64,000 nucleotides of DNA from positions 1,372 to 65,371 of the forward strand of contig JANQLB010000053.1 of assembly GCA_028280805.1 (NCBI GenBank), in the 5' to 3' direction. The translations under genes and the position numbers were made by a program. Positions 47,540 through 57,766 of the stretch are shown here, piece by piece. Position 1 is the stretch's first letter. Every line of letters begins with the position of its first letter. The DNA comes from Tissierellales bacterium. Lineage in GTDB: Bacteria > Bacillota > Clostridia > Tissierellales > VENL01. The notes below the pieces were generated by a model. The model ran no database searches and was not told the origin of the DNA. It was given only the letters and a program-made list of their open reading frames with translations.

Positions 47540-49054
47540 ATGGAAAAAAAGGTAAGTGTAGTAGGAGCAGGTCCCGGTGGTCTAACTGCAGGCATGCTGT
47601 TATCCAGTCAAGGCTATGAAGTAGAAATATTTGAAAAACAAAACTTTATAGGCGGAAGAACTTCAACCTTCGATATGGATGGATTTAAATTTGATTTAGG
47701 TCCTACATTCTTAATGATGAAAAATGTTTTAGAAGATGTGTTTACAAAAAGTGGAAGAAATATAGAAGATTATTTAGAGATAAAAGCAATTGACCCTTTA
47801 TATAGAATCGTATATGCAGATAAAAAAGAATTCTACCCTTCTACAAAGAAAAATAAAATGATAAATGAACTTAATAGAATATTCCCGGGTAATGAAACAA
47901 ATTATATCAGATTTATGGAAAAGGAAAAGATAAAGTTTGATGTACTTTTTGATTGTTTAAAAGAAACATATATTTATCCCAAAGACTTTTTTAAAAAAGA
48001 ACTATTAAAGGCGTTTCCTTATTTAGGGATCAGAAAGTCTCTCTTTGGTATACTTGGAGATTATTTTAAGGAAGATGATTTAAAAATGGCATTTACATTT
48101 CAGGCCAAATATCTTGGAATGTCTCCTTGGAACTGTCCGGGAGGATATAGTATTATTTCATATATAGAACATGCAGATGGTGTACACCATATAATGGGTG
48201 GTTTCGGTGAGATTACAAAGGCTATGTCTAAGATTATTACAGAAGAAGGCGGTAAAATACACTTAAACTCTCCTGTTAAAGAACTGGTAATAGAAAATAA
48301 CAAAACGGTTGGTATTAAACTTGAAGATGAGACTATACATCATAGTGATTATACAGTAATAAATGCAGATTTTGCACATGCAATGAATAATATTGTGAAA
48401 GATGAACATAAGAAAAAATATACTAAGAAAAAGCTGGAAAAGAAGAAATATTCCTGTTCAACATTTATGATATTCTTAGGAGTAGATAAAGTGTACGATA
48501 TACCTCATCACAATATCATCTTTTCTAATGATTATAAGAATAATGTTGAAGAAATATCTGATAAAAAAGTCTTATCGGAAGATCCTTCAATATATGTTCA
48601 AAATTCAGTAGTTACAGATAAAAATTTAGCCCCTGAAGGTAAATCATCACTATATATATTAGTTCCCGTTCCAAATAATACAAGTAATATTGATTGGTTT
48701 AGTGAAAGTGATAAGTTTAGAGATAAAATACTCGATACTCTTGAAACAAGAGGCGGTCTTCATAATCTACGTGATCATATAGTAACTGAAAGAGTACTCA
48801 CTCCAGCATATTGGGAAGATGATATGTCTGTTTATAAAGGAGCAGTTTTTAACTTAGCACACAATATATCACAAATGTTATTTTTTAGACCTCACAATCA
48901 ATTTGAGGAGTTCGATAATTGTTATTTAGTTGGAGGAGGAACTCATCCCGGAAGTGGTTTACCTACAATTTTTGAATCAGGCAGAATTACTTGTGACTTA
49001 ATTATGGATAGAGACAAAATAAAAGATAAATCTTTTGAAAAAGCTTCAATATAA
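47540..49054 (+). CDS. CrtI/phytoene-desaturase-family FAD-dependent oxidoreductase
   Basis: N-terminal VSVVGAGPGGLTAG..E..GGR dinucleotide fold and the C-terminal GGGTHPGSGLP motif typical of the CrtI family. Confidence 0.8.
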   Translation: MEKKVSVVGAGPGGLTAGMLLSSQGYEVEIFEKQNFIGGRTSTFDMDGFKFDLGPTFLMMKNVLEDVFTKSGRNIEDYLEIKAIDPLYRIVYADKKEFYPSTKKNKMINELNRIFPGNETNYIRFMEKEKIKFDVLFDCLKETYIYPKDFFKKELLKAFPYLGIRKSLFGILGDYFKEDDLKMAFTFQAKYLGMSPWNCPGGYSIISYIEHADGVHHIMGGFGEITKAMSKIITEEGGKIHLNSPVKELVIENNKTVGIKLEDETIHHSDYTVINADFAHAMNNIVKDEHKKKYTKKKLEKKKYSCSTFMIFLGVDKVYDIPHHNIIFSNDYKNNVEEISDKKVLSEDPSIYVQNSVVTDKNLAPEGKSSLYILVPVPNNTSNIDWFSESDKFRDKILDTLETRGGLHNLRDHIVTERVLTPAYWEDDMSVYKGAVFNLAHNISQMLFFRPHNQFEEFDNCYLVGGGTHPGSGLPTIFESGRITCDLIMDRDKIKDKSFEKASI

Positions 49055-49082
49055 AATTTTATTTTTTCTTTAAAATGAAGGT

Positions 49083-49119
49083 AAAAAAGCGTAAACAGTA
49101 TTGCTTGTTTACGCTTTTA
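49083..49119. terminator. bidirectional intrinsic terminator
   Basis: AGCGTAAAC..loop..GTTTACGCT is flanked by A- and T-runs, between convergent genes. Confidence 0.7.
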
Positions 49120-49125
49120 ATCAAT

Positions 49126-50298
49126 CTAATCATATTTAACCAACTTAACTCCTAATCCAAAGAACACCAGTCCCATTCCTAATAATACTATGGCAGGAGT
49201 TACTATTCCTTCAAAGCCTTCATTATAAACTGCTAAAGCTTTTACTCCTTGTATAGCCCACTTTTGAGGAGTTATATTAGCAAGCCCCAGTATTATATCA
49301 GAATTCACAATTTCAAGCGGCCACATAGTACCACCCAGCATTGCTGTACTTGTTAAAACTATCGGAGTTAAAGCTGAGAGCTGTGCATGATTTTTTACAA
49401 TCCCTGACAGGAACAATCCTAAGGACGTAACCGTAAAAATAAATACTATAAGGATTGTAGCCAAAGCTGCAAAATTTGAACCATAGTCTACACCAAACAA
49501 GAATTGACTAGCTGCAAACAGAATAACAATTTGAACTACACCTACTAAGAATGATACTACTAAATTTCCACCTAGCATTGAAGTTTTAGATATGGGAGAT
49601 ACCAGTATTCTCTGCCATGTTCTGTACTTCCTATCATTTAATATTTCTCCTATTGCAAAGACAATAGTATACATAGAAAAGAACAATGAAAACCCTATTA
49701 TACTATGAATTGTATTATCATAATATAACTCCGTATCTGCTTCTAATGTACTAACATTTATATTAATAGTTTTCTGGTATTTCCATCCTTTCACAGCATT
49801 ATCGTATGCTTTCTTAAATAATTCATCTTTGTTTGCATCTGTTATCTCACCAATATAGTCTGCGGTGTTTTGTGCTATCTTAATATTACTAATCATTTTG
49901 CTGGTTATACTATTCATAATGCTTTGCAAAACCATTATATCTCTATCGTTCTTAGTTTTTATAATCCCAAGAGTAGGAGTATTATTGTTATCAATACTTT
50001 CACCGAAATTCTCTTTAATAACGATAGCTGCCAAGGCACTACCTTTTCGTACTTCTTCTGTAGCTTTATCATAGGAAACTATTTTATAATTAAAGGTATC
50101 ACTGTTCACTAACTCATCAATAGCTTTTTGAGAATAAGCACTATCATCATTGTTAACTATTAAAACCATAGGTGTATAATCACTATTATAGGCAGAACTA
50201 AATATAAAAGCAAGAACCAAACTAAGTGCTGTCATTATTAGAAAAACATAATACTCACCCTTCAATTTTTTAAGTCTTAGCAGAATTATACTTAACAT
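49126..50298 (-). CDS. ABC-2 exporter permease with large extracytoplasmic loop (YbhR/YbhS-like)
   Basis: TM1, a ~170-aa loop, then 5 TM helices. Overlaps the upstream paralogue by 29 nt. Confidence 0.78.
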   Translation of the reverse strand: MLSIILLRLKKLKGEYYVFLIMTALSLVLAFIFSSAYNSDYTPMVLIVNNDDSAYSQKAIDELVNSDTFNYKIVSYDKATEEVRKGSALAAIVIKENFGESIDNNNTPTLGIIKTKNDRDIMVLQSIMNSITSKMISNIKIAQNTADYIGEITDANKDELFKKAYDNAVKGWKYQKTININVSTLEADTELYYDNTIHSIIGFSLFFSMYTIVFAIGEILNDRKYRTWQRILVSPISKTSMLGGNLVVSFLVGVVQIVILFAASQFLFGVDYGSNFAALATILIVFIFTVTSLGLFLSGIVKNHAQLSALTPIVLTSTAMLGGTMWPLEIVNSDIILGLANITPQKWAIQGVKALAVYNEGFEGIVTPAIVLLGMGLVFFGLGVKLVKYD

Positions 50299-51655
50299 TC
50301 TTTATTCCCCCTTCCGTATTTAATATATATACAGCAATTATTGTAAATACAACTCCCATACCAATCAATGATAAAAGGAAGGGAAGTATTTGAATTATAT
50401 TATCTCCCAGCATAACACTATTGTAAGCCTTAAGGGCCGCTCCATTAGGTATAAAATTACTTAAGTTGTGCATAAACTTTGGTAATACTTCTATAGGAAT
50501 ATAGCTTCCACCTATAAGAGCTAATAAGAATATTAAAATTGATGAAAAGGCATTTGCCATTTTGTAGTTCCCGCTTTTATAGCACATTGAAGCCAGCATA
50601 GTTCCAAGGCCTGCTATAGAGAATGTCGTGCATAATGTTATTAAAGCAACTAACCATTTATCTCCCCAGTCTACTCCTAATACGAGAGTAGAATATAATA
50701 TCATAACCAGTATTTGCATTAGTGTGAATGAAAAAATCGTAAAGTATTTTCCAATTGCAATTAGACTTTTTGGTATACCTGCCACTGTCATTCTGGCATA
50801 AGTTAAATTATCTTTTTCCTCTAAAAGAAGATATGCACCTTCTCCAGCAGCAAACAATATGAACATGGCTGTCATTGCTACAGCATAATATTCGATACTA
50901 GATAAAGGTTTCTGTTTATCCACATTTTCTTCTTCAATCTGTACCTTTGCTTCTTCTATAATGGTGTAAAAGCTCTGTATGATTTCCTCTGAATTAGACA
51001 ATGTCATCATATCAATGCCTTCATCTATTCCGGTTTCAAAATAAGTAACTTTACCTATTATAGAAATATCACTAGTTTCAGCAAAGCTATTCATAATACC
51101 TTCTATTATTTGACTGTGGATGTAGTTATCTGGATTGTTTATAATCTTAATATCTAACTCGTTTCTATATGGTAAAGGAAAAAAGTTGACATACATATTA
51201 TAAATAAAATCCTCAGGTAGTATCACTATGGATGAAATTTCATTGTTTCTTAAAAGCTCCTTAGCCTTTTCTAAATCTAATACTTGGTATTGCAGCATTT
51301 TTTTCATATCATTATTATCTAAAAATCCGTCAAAAAACATCTCTTCCGGATTAAATTCACCAGAAAAATTCTCCATGTAGGTCTCTAAGCCTTTTAACTG
51401 CTCTTGATTCATGTTCTGAAAGAGAAAATTATTATTTGGAAACTCCATAAATTTATCCTTCTCGTAAGCAAAATCATATTCTTTAACTACTGCAATTTTA
51501 ATAGCTCTCTTATCAGAGTCAGAACTAAATGTCCCTCCTAGTGCTGCTCCTAAAATAGTAGTTAAAATTATAGGCATTATTATCAATAATCCCAAAGTCT
51601 TTTTATCTGTTAATAATACCTTTAAATCCTTAAAAATTATATTAAATACTCTCAC
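50270..51655 (-). CDS. ABC-2 exporter permease with large extracytoplasmic loop (paralogue)
   Basis: Same architecture as 49126-50298; 461 aa. Confidence 0.78.
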   Translation of the reverse strand: MRVFNIIFKDLKVLLTDKKTLGLLIIMPIILTTILGAALGGTFSSDSDKRAIKIAVVKEYDFAYEKDKFMEFPNNNFLFQNMNQEQLKGLETYMENFSGEFNPEEMFFDGFLDNNDMKKMLQYQVLDLEKAKELLRNNEISSIVILPEDFIYNMYVNFFPLPYRNELDIKIINNPDNYIHSQIIEGIMNSFAETSDISIIGKVTYFETGIDEGIDMMTLSNSEEIIQSFYTIIEEAKVQIEEENVDKQKPLSSIEYYAVAMTAMFILFAAGEGAYLLLEEKDNLTYARMTVAGIPKSLIAIGKYFTIFSFTLMQILVMILYSTLVLGVDWGDKWLVALITLCTTFSIAGLGTMLASMCYKSGNYKMANAFSSILIFLLALIGGSYIPIEVLPKFMHNLSNFIPNGAALKAYNSVMLGDNIIQILPFLLSLIGMGVVFTIIAVYILNTEGGIKNVKYNSAKT

Positions 51656-51666
51656 AATAACACCTC

Positions 51667-52602
51667 CTAATCCCTTAAAGCTTTACCTGTTAGATGTAAG
51701 AACACTGCTTCAAGATTAGGCTTCTTAATATCTATGGATAATATATTACTTTCTGTTTCCGCCGTTTTTGATATTAAATCCTTAAAAATATTCTCACCAT
51801 TTTGGGTAGTTAATATCATTTCATTTTCATGAGTTTCTACTTTTTCAACATATTCAATAGTCTTAATTATACTAATAAGTGTATCATCTACATGGTCAAG
51901 TTTAATATTTATTTTCTTCTGACCCTTAATAATATCAACTAATTCCTCCTGAGTTCCTGATGCAATAATTTCTCCCATATCCATAATACTTATTCTGGAA
52001 CAAAGGTACTCAACCTCTTCCATATAATGGCTGGTATATATAATAGTCATACCTTCTTCGTTAAGCTTTAGAACTGTGTCAAGAATATGATTTCTTGATT
52101 GCGGATCAATTCCCACCGTAGGTTCATCCATGATTAATAAATCCGGCTTATGCAGTAAAGCCGCCCCGATGTTTATTCTTCTTTTCATTCCTCCGGAATA
52201 TTTTTCTATCTTATCCTTTAACCTGTCTTTAATTCCAATTACTTGAGATATATCTTCAATTCTCTTATTTAATTCGCTTCCTCTTAAACCGTAAGCATGA
52301 CCCCAGAATTTCAAATTTTCCAGACCTGATAGAGTAGGATATAATGCTATTTCTTGAGGTACTACTCCCAGTTTTTGCTGAATAGCCTTAGGTTTTTCTA
52401 CAATGCTTTCTCCATTGTAAGTTATTTCTCCAGATGTTGGATTAAAAAGAGTTGAAATCATAGATATGGTTGTAGACTTACCAGCCCCGTTAGGTCCTAA
52501 AAGTCCAAAAACCTCACCCTTTTTTACATCGAAGGTGATTCCATTAACAGCCTTTACTTCTTTAAAATATTTCTTTAGATTATTAACCTTTAATAATGAC
52601 AT
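51667..52602 (-). CDS. ABC transporter ATP-binding protein
   Basis: GPNGAGKST, YSGGMKRR and LIMDEPTVGIDP motifs. Confidence 0.88.
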   Translation of the reverse strand: MSLLKVNNLKKYFKEVKAVNGITFDVKKGEVFGLLGPNGAGKSTTISMISTLFNPTSGEITYNGESIVEKPKAIQQKLGVVPQEIALYPTLSGLENLKFWGHAYGLRGSELNKRIEDISQVIGIKDRLKDKIEKYSGGMKRRINIGAALLHKPDLLIMDEPTVGIDPQSRNHILDTVLKLNEEGMTIIYTSHYMEEVEYLCSRISIMDMGEIIASGTQEELVDIIKGQKKINIKLDHVDDTLISIIKTIEYVEKVETHENEMILTTQNGENIFKDLISKTAETESNILSIDIKKPNLEAVFLHLTGKALRD

Positions 52603-52966
52603 ATTAATTTCCTCCTTATTTTTATTTCTTTGATATATATAGTTATATAATAATAAAAAACATCCATTATTTCTTATACCCTTATATAATAAAGTATAGC
52701 AGAAAGATATTCATCCCTCTTCCAAGTGGTTAGTTGCTTATGTAATTAACTATATATGTGTATAAGTTTTTTGTCAACCCTTTTTTGTCGTTTTTTCTTT
52801 TGAGAACTTTCCTATTTAAATAAGAAAAGTCCATATAAAAAATATAACTAACATAATTATGATTTAAAATGAACTGTAAAAATTTAAACGAATGATATAT
52901 AGGTTATACTAAAGCTAATAAAGCATAATACTTAAACAATTTTTAAGAAGAAAGGAGCTTTAATAG

Positions 52967-54025
52967 ATGAAATCAATATCACATAGAATATCTATACCGT
53001 CCATTTTAGAGTCAGGTCCTAATGCATTAGATAGAATAGGTTATCTTCTAAATCGAGAAGAATTAGATAATATAGTTCTTTTTTATGATAAAGATATAAA
53101 AAAAATATTAGGAGATAGGATAGAAAAAAATCTAAAGGATTTTTATATTACGTTTATAAGCAACACTATTGAAACTATTGACTATTTCTCAATAATTCAA
53201 ATGGCTTATTCAATTCCGGACAATGCAGACTCCATAGTAGCAATTGGCGGTGGAAGAATTTTAGATGCAGCAAAGTATATGGCTTTTTTAAGACGATTAC
53301 CATTTATCAGTATACCTACATCTACATCTAATGATGGTTTCAGTAGTCCTGTTGCATCACTGGTGATAAACGAAAAACGAACCACTGTACCTGCTAAAGT
53401 CCCCTATGGTGTTATTGTTGATACAACTGTCATTGCTAATGCTCCAAATTGCTTCATTTTTTCAGGAATAGGAGATTTGATCTCAAATATTACTGCCTTA
53501 TGGGACTGGAGATATGAAGAAAGTAAAGGTAAAGGTCATGTTGATGATTTTGCTGCTATGATTTCAAGTAAATCGGTAGATAGCTTTTTTTGCCTTCCTT
53601 TTAGTTCAATAAAAGAACCTAAGTTTATACACAGCTTAGTTGACTCATTAATAATGAATGGTATTGCTATGGAAATCAGCGGTAGTTCAGCCCCTTCGAG
53701 CGGAAGTGAACACCTTATTTCTCATGCTTTAGACAAAGTTGTTCAGAAACCATACCTTCATGGTATACAAGTTGGAATAGCTACATACATTGTCAGCCAA
53801 GTTCAAAATAACAAAGTACAAGATATTTTAAATCTGTTAAAAATAACAGGCTTTTGGAATTATGCAAGTTCTTTAAATTTTAAAGCTAAGGATTTTCTAA
53901 AAGCAATTGATCTCGCACCTTCTATTAAACCAAAAAGATATACAATTTTACATATTGAAGAAAACCGAAAAAAAGCAAAAAAAATTTTGCTTACAGACCC
54001 TTTATTAAAACAAATTTTTACTTAG
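52967..54025 (+). CDS. sn-glycerol-1-phosphate dehydrogenase (EgsA/AraM family)
   Basis: The motifs IGGGRILDAAKY, ISIPTSTSNDGFSSPVAS, GDLISNITALWDW, SGSSAPSSGSEH..SHALD and KRYTIL closely parallel my recollection of archaeal EgsA. Iron-ADH fold. Confidence 0.8.
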   Translation: MKSISHRISIPSILESGPNALDRIGYLLNREELDNIVLFYDKDIKKILGDRIEKNLKDFYITFISNTIETIDYFSIIQMAYSIPDNADSIVAIGGGRILDAAKYMAFLRRLPFISIPTSTSNDGFSSPVASLVINEKRTTVPAKVPYGVIVDTTVIANAPNCFIFSGIGDLISNITALWDWRYEESKGKGHVDDFAAMISSKSVDSFFCLPFSSIKEPKFIHSLVDSLIMNGIAMEISGSSAPSSGSEHLISHALDKVVQKPYLHGIQVGIATYIVSQVQNNKVQDILNLLKITGFWNYASSLNFKAKDFLKAIDLAPSIKPKRYTILHIEENRKKAKKILLTDPLLKQIFT

Positions 54026-54192
54026 TTTATAAAAAATCAAAAAATATGTTATTCTACAGGAAAAATTTTTTTATTATGATAATAAAATATACAAATAACT
54101 TAATACATACATTATAATTATATTAAAGATAAATAAAATCTTTTAGAATTAATTTTAGTTTTTCAAATCATTTCATTTGAGGGGGATTAATT

Positions 54193-55068
54193 ATGAATGA
54201 TTTCTGGATGTATATTAATGAAAATCAATTATTTAACAAACTGATTTGGACCTTCGTTGGATTAATCGGAGCAGTTCTTTTAGCTCGTATAATCAATCAT
54301 ATTGCATATTCAATAGGCGATAAGAATAACACAAATTCTTATTATATGGTTAAAAAAAGAGTTTATTACGTTTTTAGCTCACTATTTATTTTTTATTGCA
54401 TATTTTTATGGTCAGATTCAACTGTTAATCTTACAACATATTTTGGACTTGTCTCTGCCGGAATAGCTATTGCTCTAAAAGATTTATTTACAAATATCGC
54501 TGCTTGGCTGTTCATTATGTTAAGAAAACCTTTTGAGGTAAGTGATAGAATAGAGATAAATGGACACCAAGGTGATGTTATAGATATTCGGATGTTTCAA
54601 TTTACTTTAATGGAAATATCATCTTTTGAAAATGGAGAACAAAGTACGGGACGTGTTGTCACAATCCCCAATCAATACATATTCTTATATACATTGACCA
54701 ATTATAACAAGGGGTTTAAATATATTTGGAATGAAATTAAGGTGCTTATTACATTTGAAAGTGATTGGGAAAAGGCTAAAAAGATATTAACTGAGATAAG
54801 CAGACGTCATTCTTTACACTTGCATGAAGAGGCTTCTAAAATGTTAAGACAAGCAAAGAAAAAGTATATGATACATTATAAAAAATTAACTCCTATAGTA
54901 TATTTAGATGTTAAAGAAAGCGGAGTACAATTAAGCGTGAGGTATCTGTGTTTACCTCGCCAAAGAAGAAACACTATAAACGATATATGGGAAGATATAC
55001 TTAAGGAATTTGAACAGGCAGAAAATATTCGTTTGGCTTATCCAACCATAAGAGTAAGTAAAAGTTAA
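54193..55068 (+). CDS. MscS-family mechanosensitive channel
   Basis: Three N-terminal TM helices, then the beta-domain motif IEINGHQGDVIDIRMFQFTL...GRVVTIPN. Confidence 0.82.
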   Translation: MNDFWMYINENQLFNKLIWTFVGLIGAVLLARIINHIAYSIGDKNNTNSYYMVKKRVYYVFSSLFIFYCIFLWSDSTVNLTTYFGLVSAGIAIALKDLFTNIAAWLFIMLRKPFEVSDRIEINGHQGDVIDIRMFQFTLMEISSFENGEQSTGRVVTIPNQYIFLYTLTNYNKGFKYIWNEIKVLITFESDWEKAKKILTEISRRHSLHLHEEASKMLRQAKKKYMIHYKKLTPIVYLDVKESGVQLSVRYLCLPRQRRNTINDIWEDILKEFEQAENIRLAYPTIRVSKS

Positions 55069-55170
55069 ATGTATTTAAACTCATATGTTACAACAACATA
55101 ACTTTATGATTTTTTTAACACTTTATTTTATCTGCTATAATAATGTTAAAAAACAATATAAAGCTGAAGA

Positions 55171-55779
55171 TTACTCTCCAGCTTCAATATCAGAATCACT
55201 TTCCATAGAAAATAAGGCTGAAAAAAAGTGAAATTCTTTTAAACCTTCTTTATCATTCTTATTTTTATCTTTATCTGAAAATTCCTTAATAATTCTCCTC
55301 AACTCTTTAGCTTCTTCATCGGTTAAATATATGTTAGAGAGAGTAAAATCGCTTGTACTATCATTATCATTCTCATTCTCTTTCTGAATGTTTTCTATAT
55401 TTTCTATTGCATTTAGAACAATTCTTTTACTCTCATCATATATAGATGAGATAGTCCTTTGCAATTCATTTTTGAAAAGCTTAGTTATTTGAGGATTAGT
55501 TTTGTCGCATTCTATAGAGAAGCTATCTGCTGTTAATTCATAATACTTTGCAATTATACCTTTGATTTCTTTAGTATGAGAAAGTTTCAATATACCTGCT
55601 TGTAGCATCTTCTTTACATGATAATGTACCTTTGCAGGTGTTTCTCCCATGCTATCAGCTATTTCCTTAACTGTTGCAGGTCTATTAAATTTTTTATAGC
55701 TAAACATTATTTGTACTCTATATGGGTCAGAAAAGGTCTTTATTTGCTCAGGAGTAGTTAACGTTATAATTTTTTTCAT
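55171..55779 (-). CDS. ArsR-like winged-helix transcriptional regulator with acidic C-terminal domain
   Basis: FSDPYRVQIM..ATVKEIADSMGETPAKVHYHVKKMLQAGIL. Start at MKKIIT behind AGAGGTGA; the ORF track starts at 55833. Confidence 0.75.
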   Translation of the reverse strand: MKKIITLTTPEQIKTFSDPYRVQIMFSYKKFNRPATVKEIADSMGETPAKVHYHVKKMLQAGILKLSHTKEIKGIIAKYYELTADSFSIECDKTNPQITKLFKNELQRTISSIYDESKRIVLNAIENIENIQKENENDNDSTSDFTLSNIYLTDEEAKELRRIIKEFSDKDKNKNDKEGLKEFHFFSALFSMESDSDIEAGE

Positions 55780-55857
55780 AATTATCACCTCTACCCCATT
55801 ATACATTAATTTAGCTATTTTAGGAAATTTCAATTATCATTGATTTCGGTATATCTC

Positions 55858-57117
55858 TTAAGCCTTCCTAAAATCCTTATTTAAAAGAGCTAAAAATGGT
55901 ATAAATATTAAAATACTTCCCATTAATAAGAATAAGTGCGGTATAGACATTGATTCAGATAAAAATCCTGTAACAACTCCGCCTAAAGGCTGTGCACTTA
56001 ATGTAACCATACTCATTAACCCAATAACTCTTCCAAGTAATGCCTTAGGAGTACAAGCATACAAATGAGCTTTTAAGGGAGATGTTATTACCGGCATCAT
56101 TAGCCCAAAAACAAAAAAGGATAAAAAGCCAATAACTATAGGCGGCACTATTAGATTGTTAATTACCTCTACTAAACTTAAAGCAGTATAACTAAAGCCG
56201 ATGAAAACTAATCCAAAAACAACTGAATATGATTTCTTAAACTTTGAACCAATCTGAGCAAATATTACTCCCCCAATAATCATTCCAATTGGAAACCCCA
56301 GATTTAAAAATCCATATGCCTCCGCTCCTTCTGAAAGGACATCCTTAACATAGGCTGGTAGCAAAACATTCACAGGTGTCAAACAGAAGTTAGTTATAGC
56401 AAATAGTAAGATACTTATTATAAGTAGTATTTCCTTTTTAATAAAAGTGAATCCTTCTTTTAAATTGGAAAAATATGATTTGACATTCAGTTTTATACCT
56501 TCTTCTTTTTTTTCTTCTAGTTTCAAAAAAGAAATCAGTATACAAGATGTAAAGAACGTCAATCCATCAACTAATATAGCTCCGGCAATACCAATTGTTC
56601 CAATAAGAAATCCTGCACTGCCTATTCCTATCAACTGAGCAAAAGATGCAGTTGAAGTTGAGAATGAACTTGCACTTAAGTGTAATTTTTCAGGTAAAAT
56701 CAGAGGTACTAAAGAGGTTTTTGCAGGTGATACAAAAGTTTCGATAGTTGAACATATGAATGTAAAAACAAACAGATGCCATGGTTCTAACTGATTAGTA
56801 AAAAATAAAACTGCTGTTATTGAGGCAACTAAACCTCTTCCAATATCCCCTAATATAATTACTTTTTTCTTAGAGAAATAATCTACAAGAACACCTGAAA
56901 ACGGACTGAATATAATGCCAGGTATGGCATTTACTGCAAAAATAGTACCTAATAATATTTTAGAGCCTGTAAGAGAATAAACCATCCAAGAGTATGCAAT
57001 CATATTAACTGAATCACCAAATCTTGAAATTGTATTAGATACGAGCACAAGAAAATATGATTTGTAATGAAATAAATCTCTAATTCCAATTTTTTGATCT
57101 TTTTTAACATTTTCCAT
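55858..57117 (-). CDS. MFS transporter (DHA3/EntS-like)
   Basis: 419 aa with 12 TM helices and the typical MFS loop motif LVDYFSKKKV. Confidence 0.85.
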   Translation of the reverse strand: MENVKKDQKIGIRDLFHYKSYFLVLVSNTISRFGDSVNMIAYSWMVYSLTGSKILLGTIFAVNAIPGIIFSPFSGVLVDYFSKKKVIILGDIGRGLVASITAVLFFTNQLEPWHLFVFTFICSTIETFVSPAKTSLVPLILPEKLHLSASSFSTSTASFAQLIGIGSAGFLIGTIGIAGAILVDGLTFFTSCILISFLKLEEKKEEGIKLNVKSYFSNLKEGFTFIKKEILLIISILLFAITNFCLTPVNVLLPAYVKDVLSEGAEAYGFLNLGFPIGMIIGGVIFAQIGSKFKKSYSVVFGLVFIGFSYTALSLVEVINNLIVPPIVIGFLSFFVFGLMMPVITSPLKAHLYACTPKALLGRVIGLMSMVTLSAQPLGGVVTGFLSESMSIPHLFLLMGSILIFIPFLALLNKDFRKA

Positions 57118-57164
57118 AGTATAACCCCTTTCGATATAAATTTTATTCTTTAAAATATTTTTTT

Positions 57165-57183
57165 CGTTAAATATTTTTTAACG
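57165..57183. promoter_or_regulatory. palindrome CGTTAAA-tattt-TTTAACG upstream of the MFS/regulator operon
   Basis: 7-bp arms about 50-65 nt upstream of the MFS start. Candidate operator for the co-transcribed wHTH regulator. Confidence 0.3.
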
Positions 57184-57393
57184 TTAATTTTATTTTAATG
57201 ACCTTTTTTGGTTTTGTCAATAAAAATTTTCTATCATAATATTGCAATTTTTACTAAAAATAATTATAATGACAATGTAACAGATTATTCGTTATATTGT
57301 TAACATTTCTATATTAATGCTTAATAATTTTGTTGCGCTTTTTTAATACTATTAACAAAAAATTTAACTTCAAAGGATTCGGAGGGGATTACT

Positions 57394-57729
57394 ATGTCAA
57401 AAAAATATAAAGTTCTTGTAATAGCTTATAGAAACGTCGATGAAAAAATTCTGAACAAAATCTCTAGATATTCTATTAAGACCATTGATTCAGAAGATGA
57501 TATGGAAAATGTTTCAACATTCTGTTCAAGAGGGTTTAATATGAATGATAGAATATGTATATATCTTGGATGGTTTAAAGATGAGGCAAAGAAAAAAATC
57601 AATGAAGGATATGAAGTTAGTATATTAGAATTGCCTTCTGAATTAAGTGACAACAAAGTTGATGCAATCGAATTTTTAGATGCTGCATATGAAGATGATT
57701 TATTAGTTATTGGTAAGGTTGATGTTTAG
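57394..57729 (+). CDS. hypothetical 111-aa protein
   Basis: SD GGAGGGG 6 nt upstream and a terminator directly downstream. No recognisable family. Confidence 0.6.
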   Translation: MSKKYKVLVIAYRNVDEKILNKISRYSIKTIDSEDDMENVSTFCSRGFNMNDRICIYLGWFKDEAKKKINEGYEVSILELPSELSDNKVDAIEFLDAAYEDDLLVIGKVDV

Positions 57730-57766
57730 AAAAAAAGAATGCTGAAATTCAGCATTCTTTTTTTAT
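57730..57766. terminator. bidirectional intrinsic terminator
   Basis: AAGAATGCTGAA-a-TTCAGCATTCTT is flanked by A7 and T7 runs. It overlaps the ABC-F stop. Confidence 0.8.
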
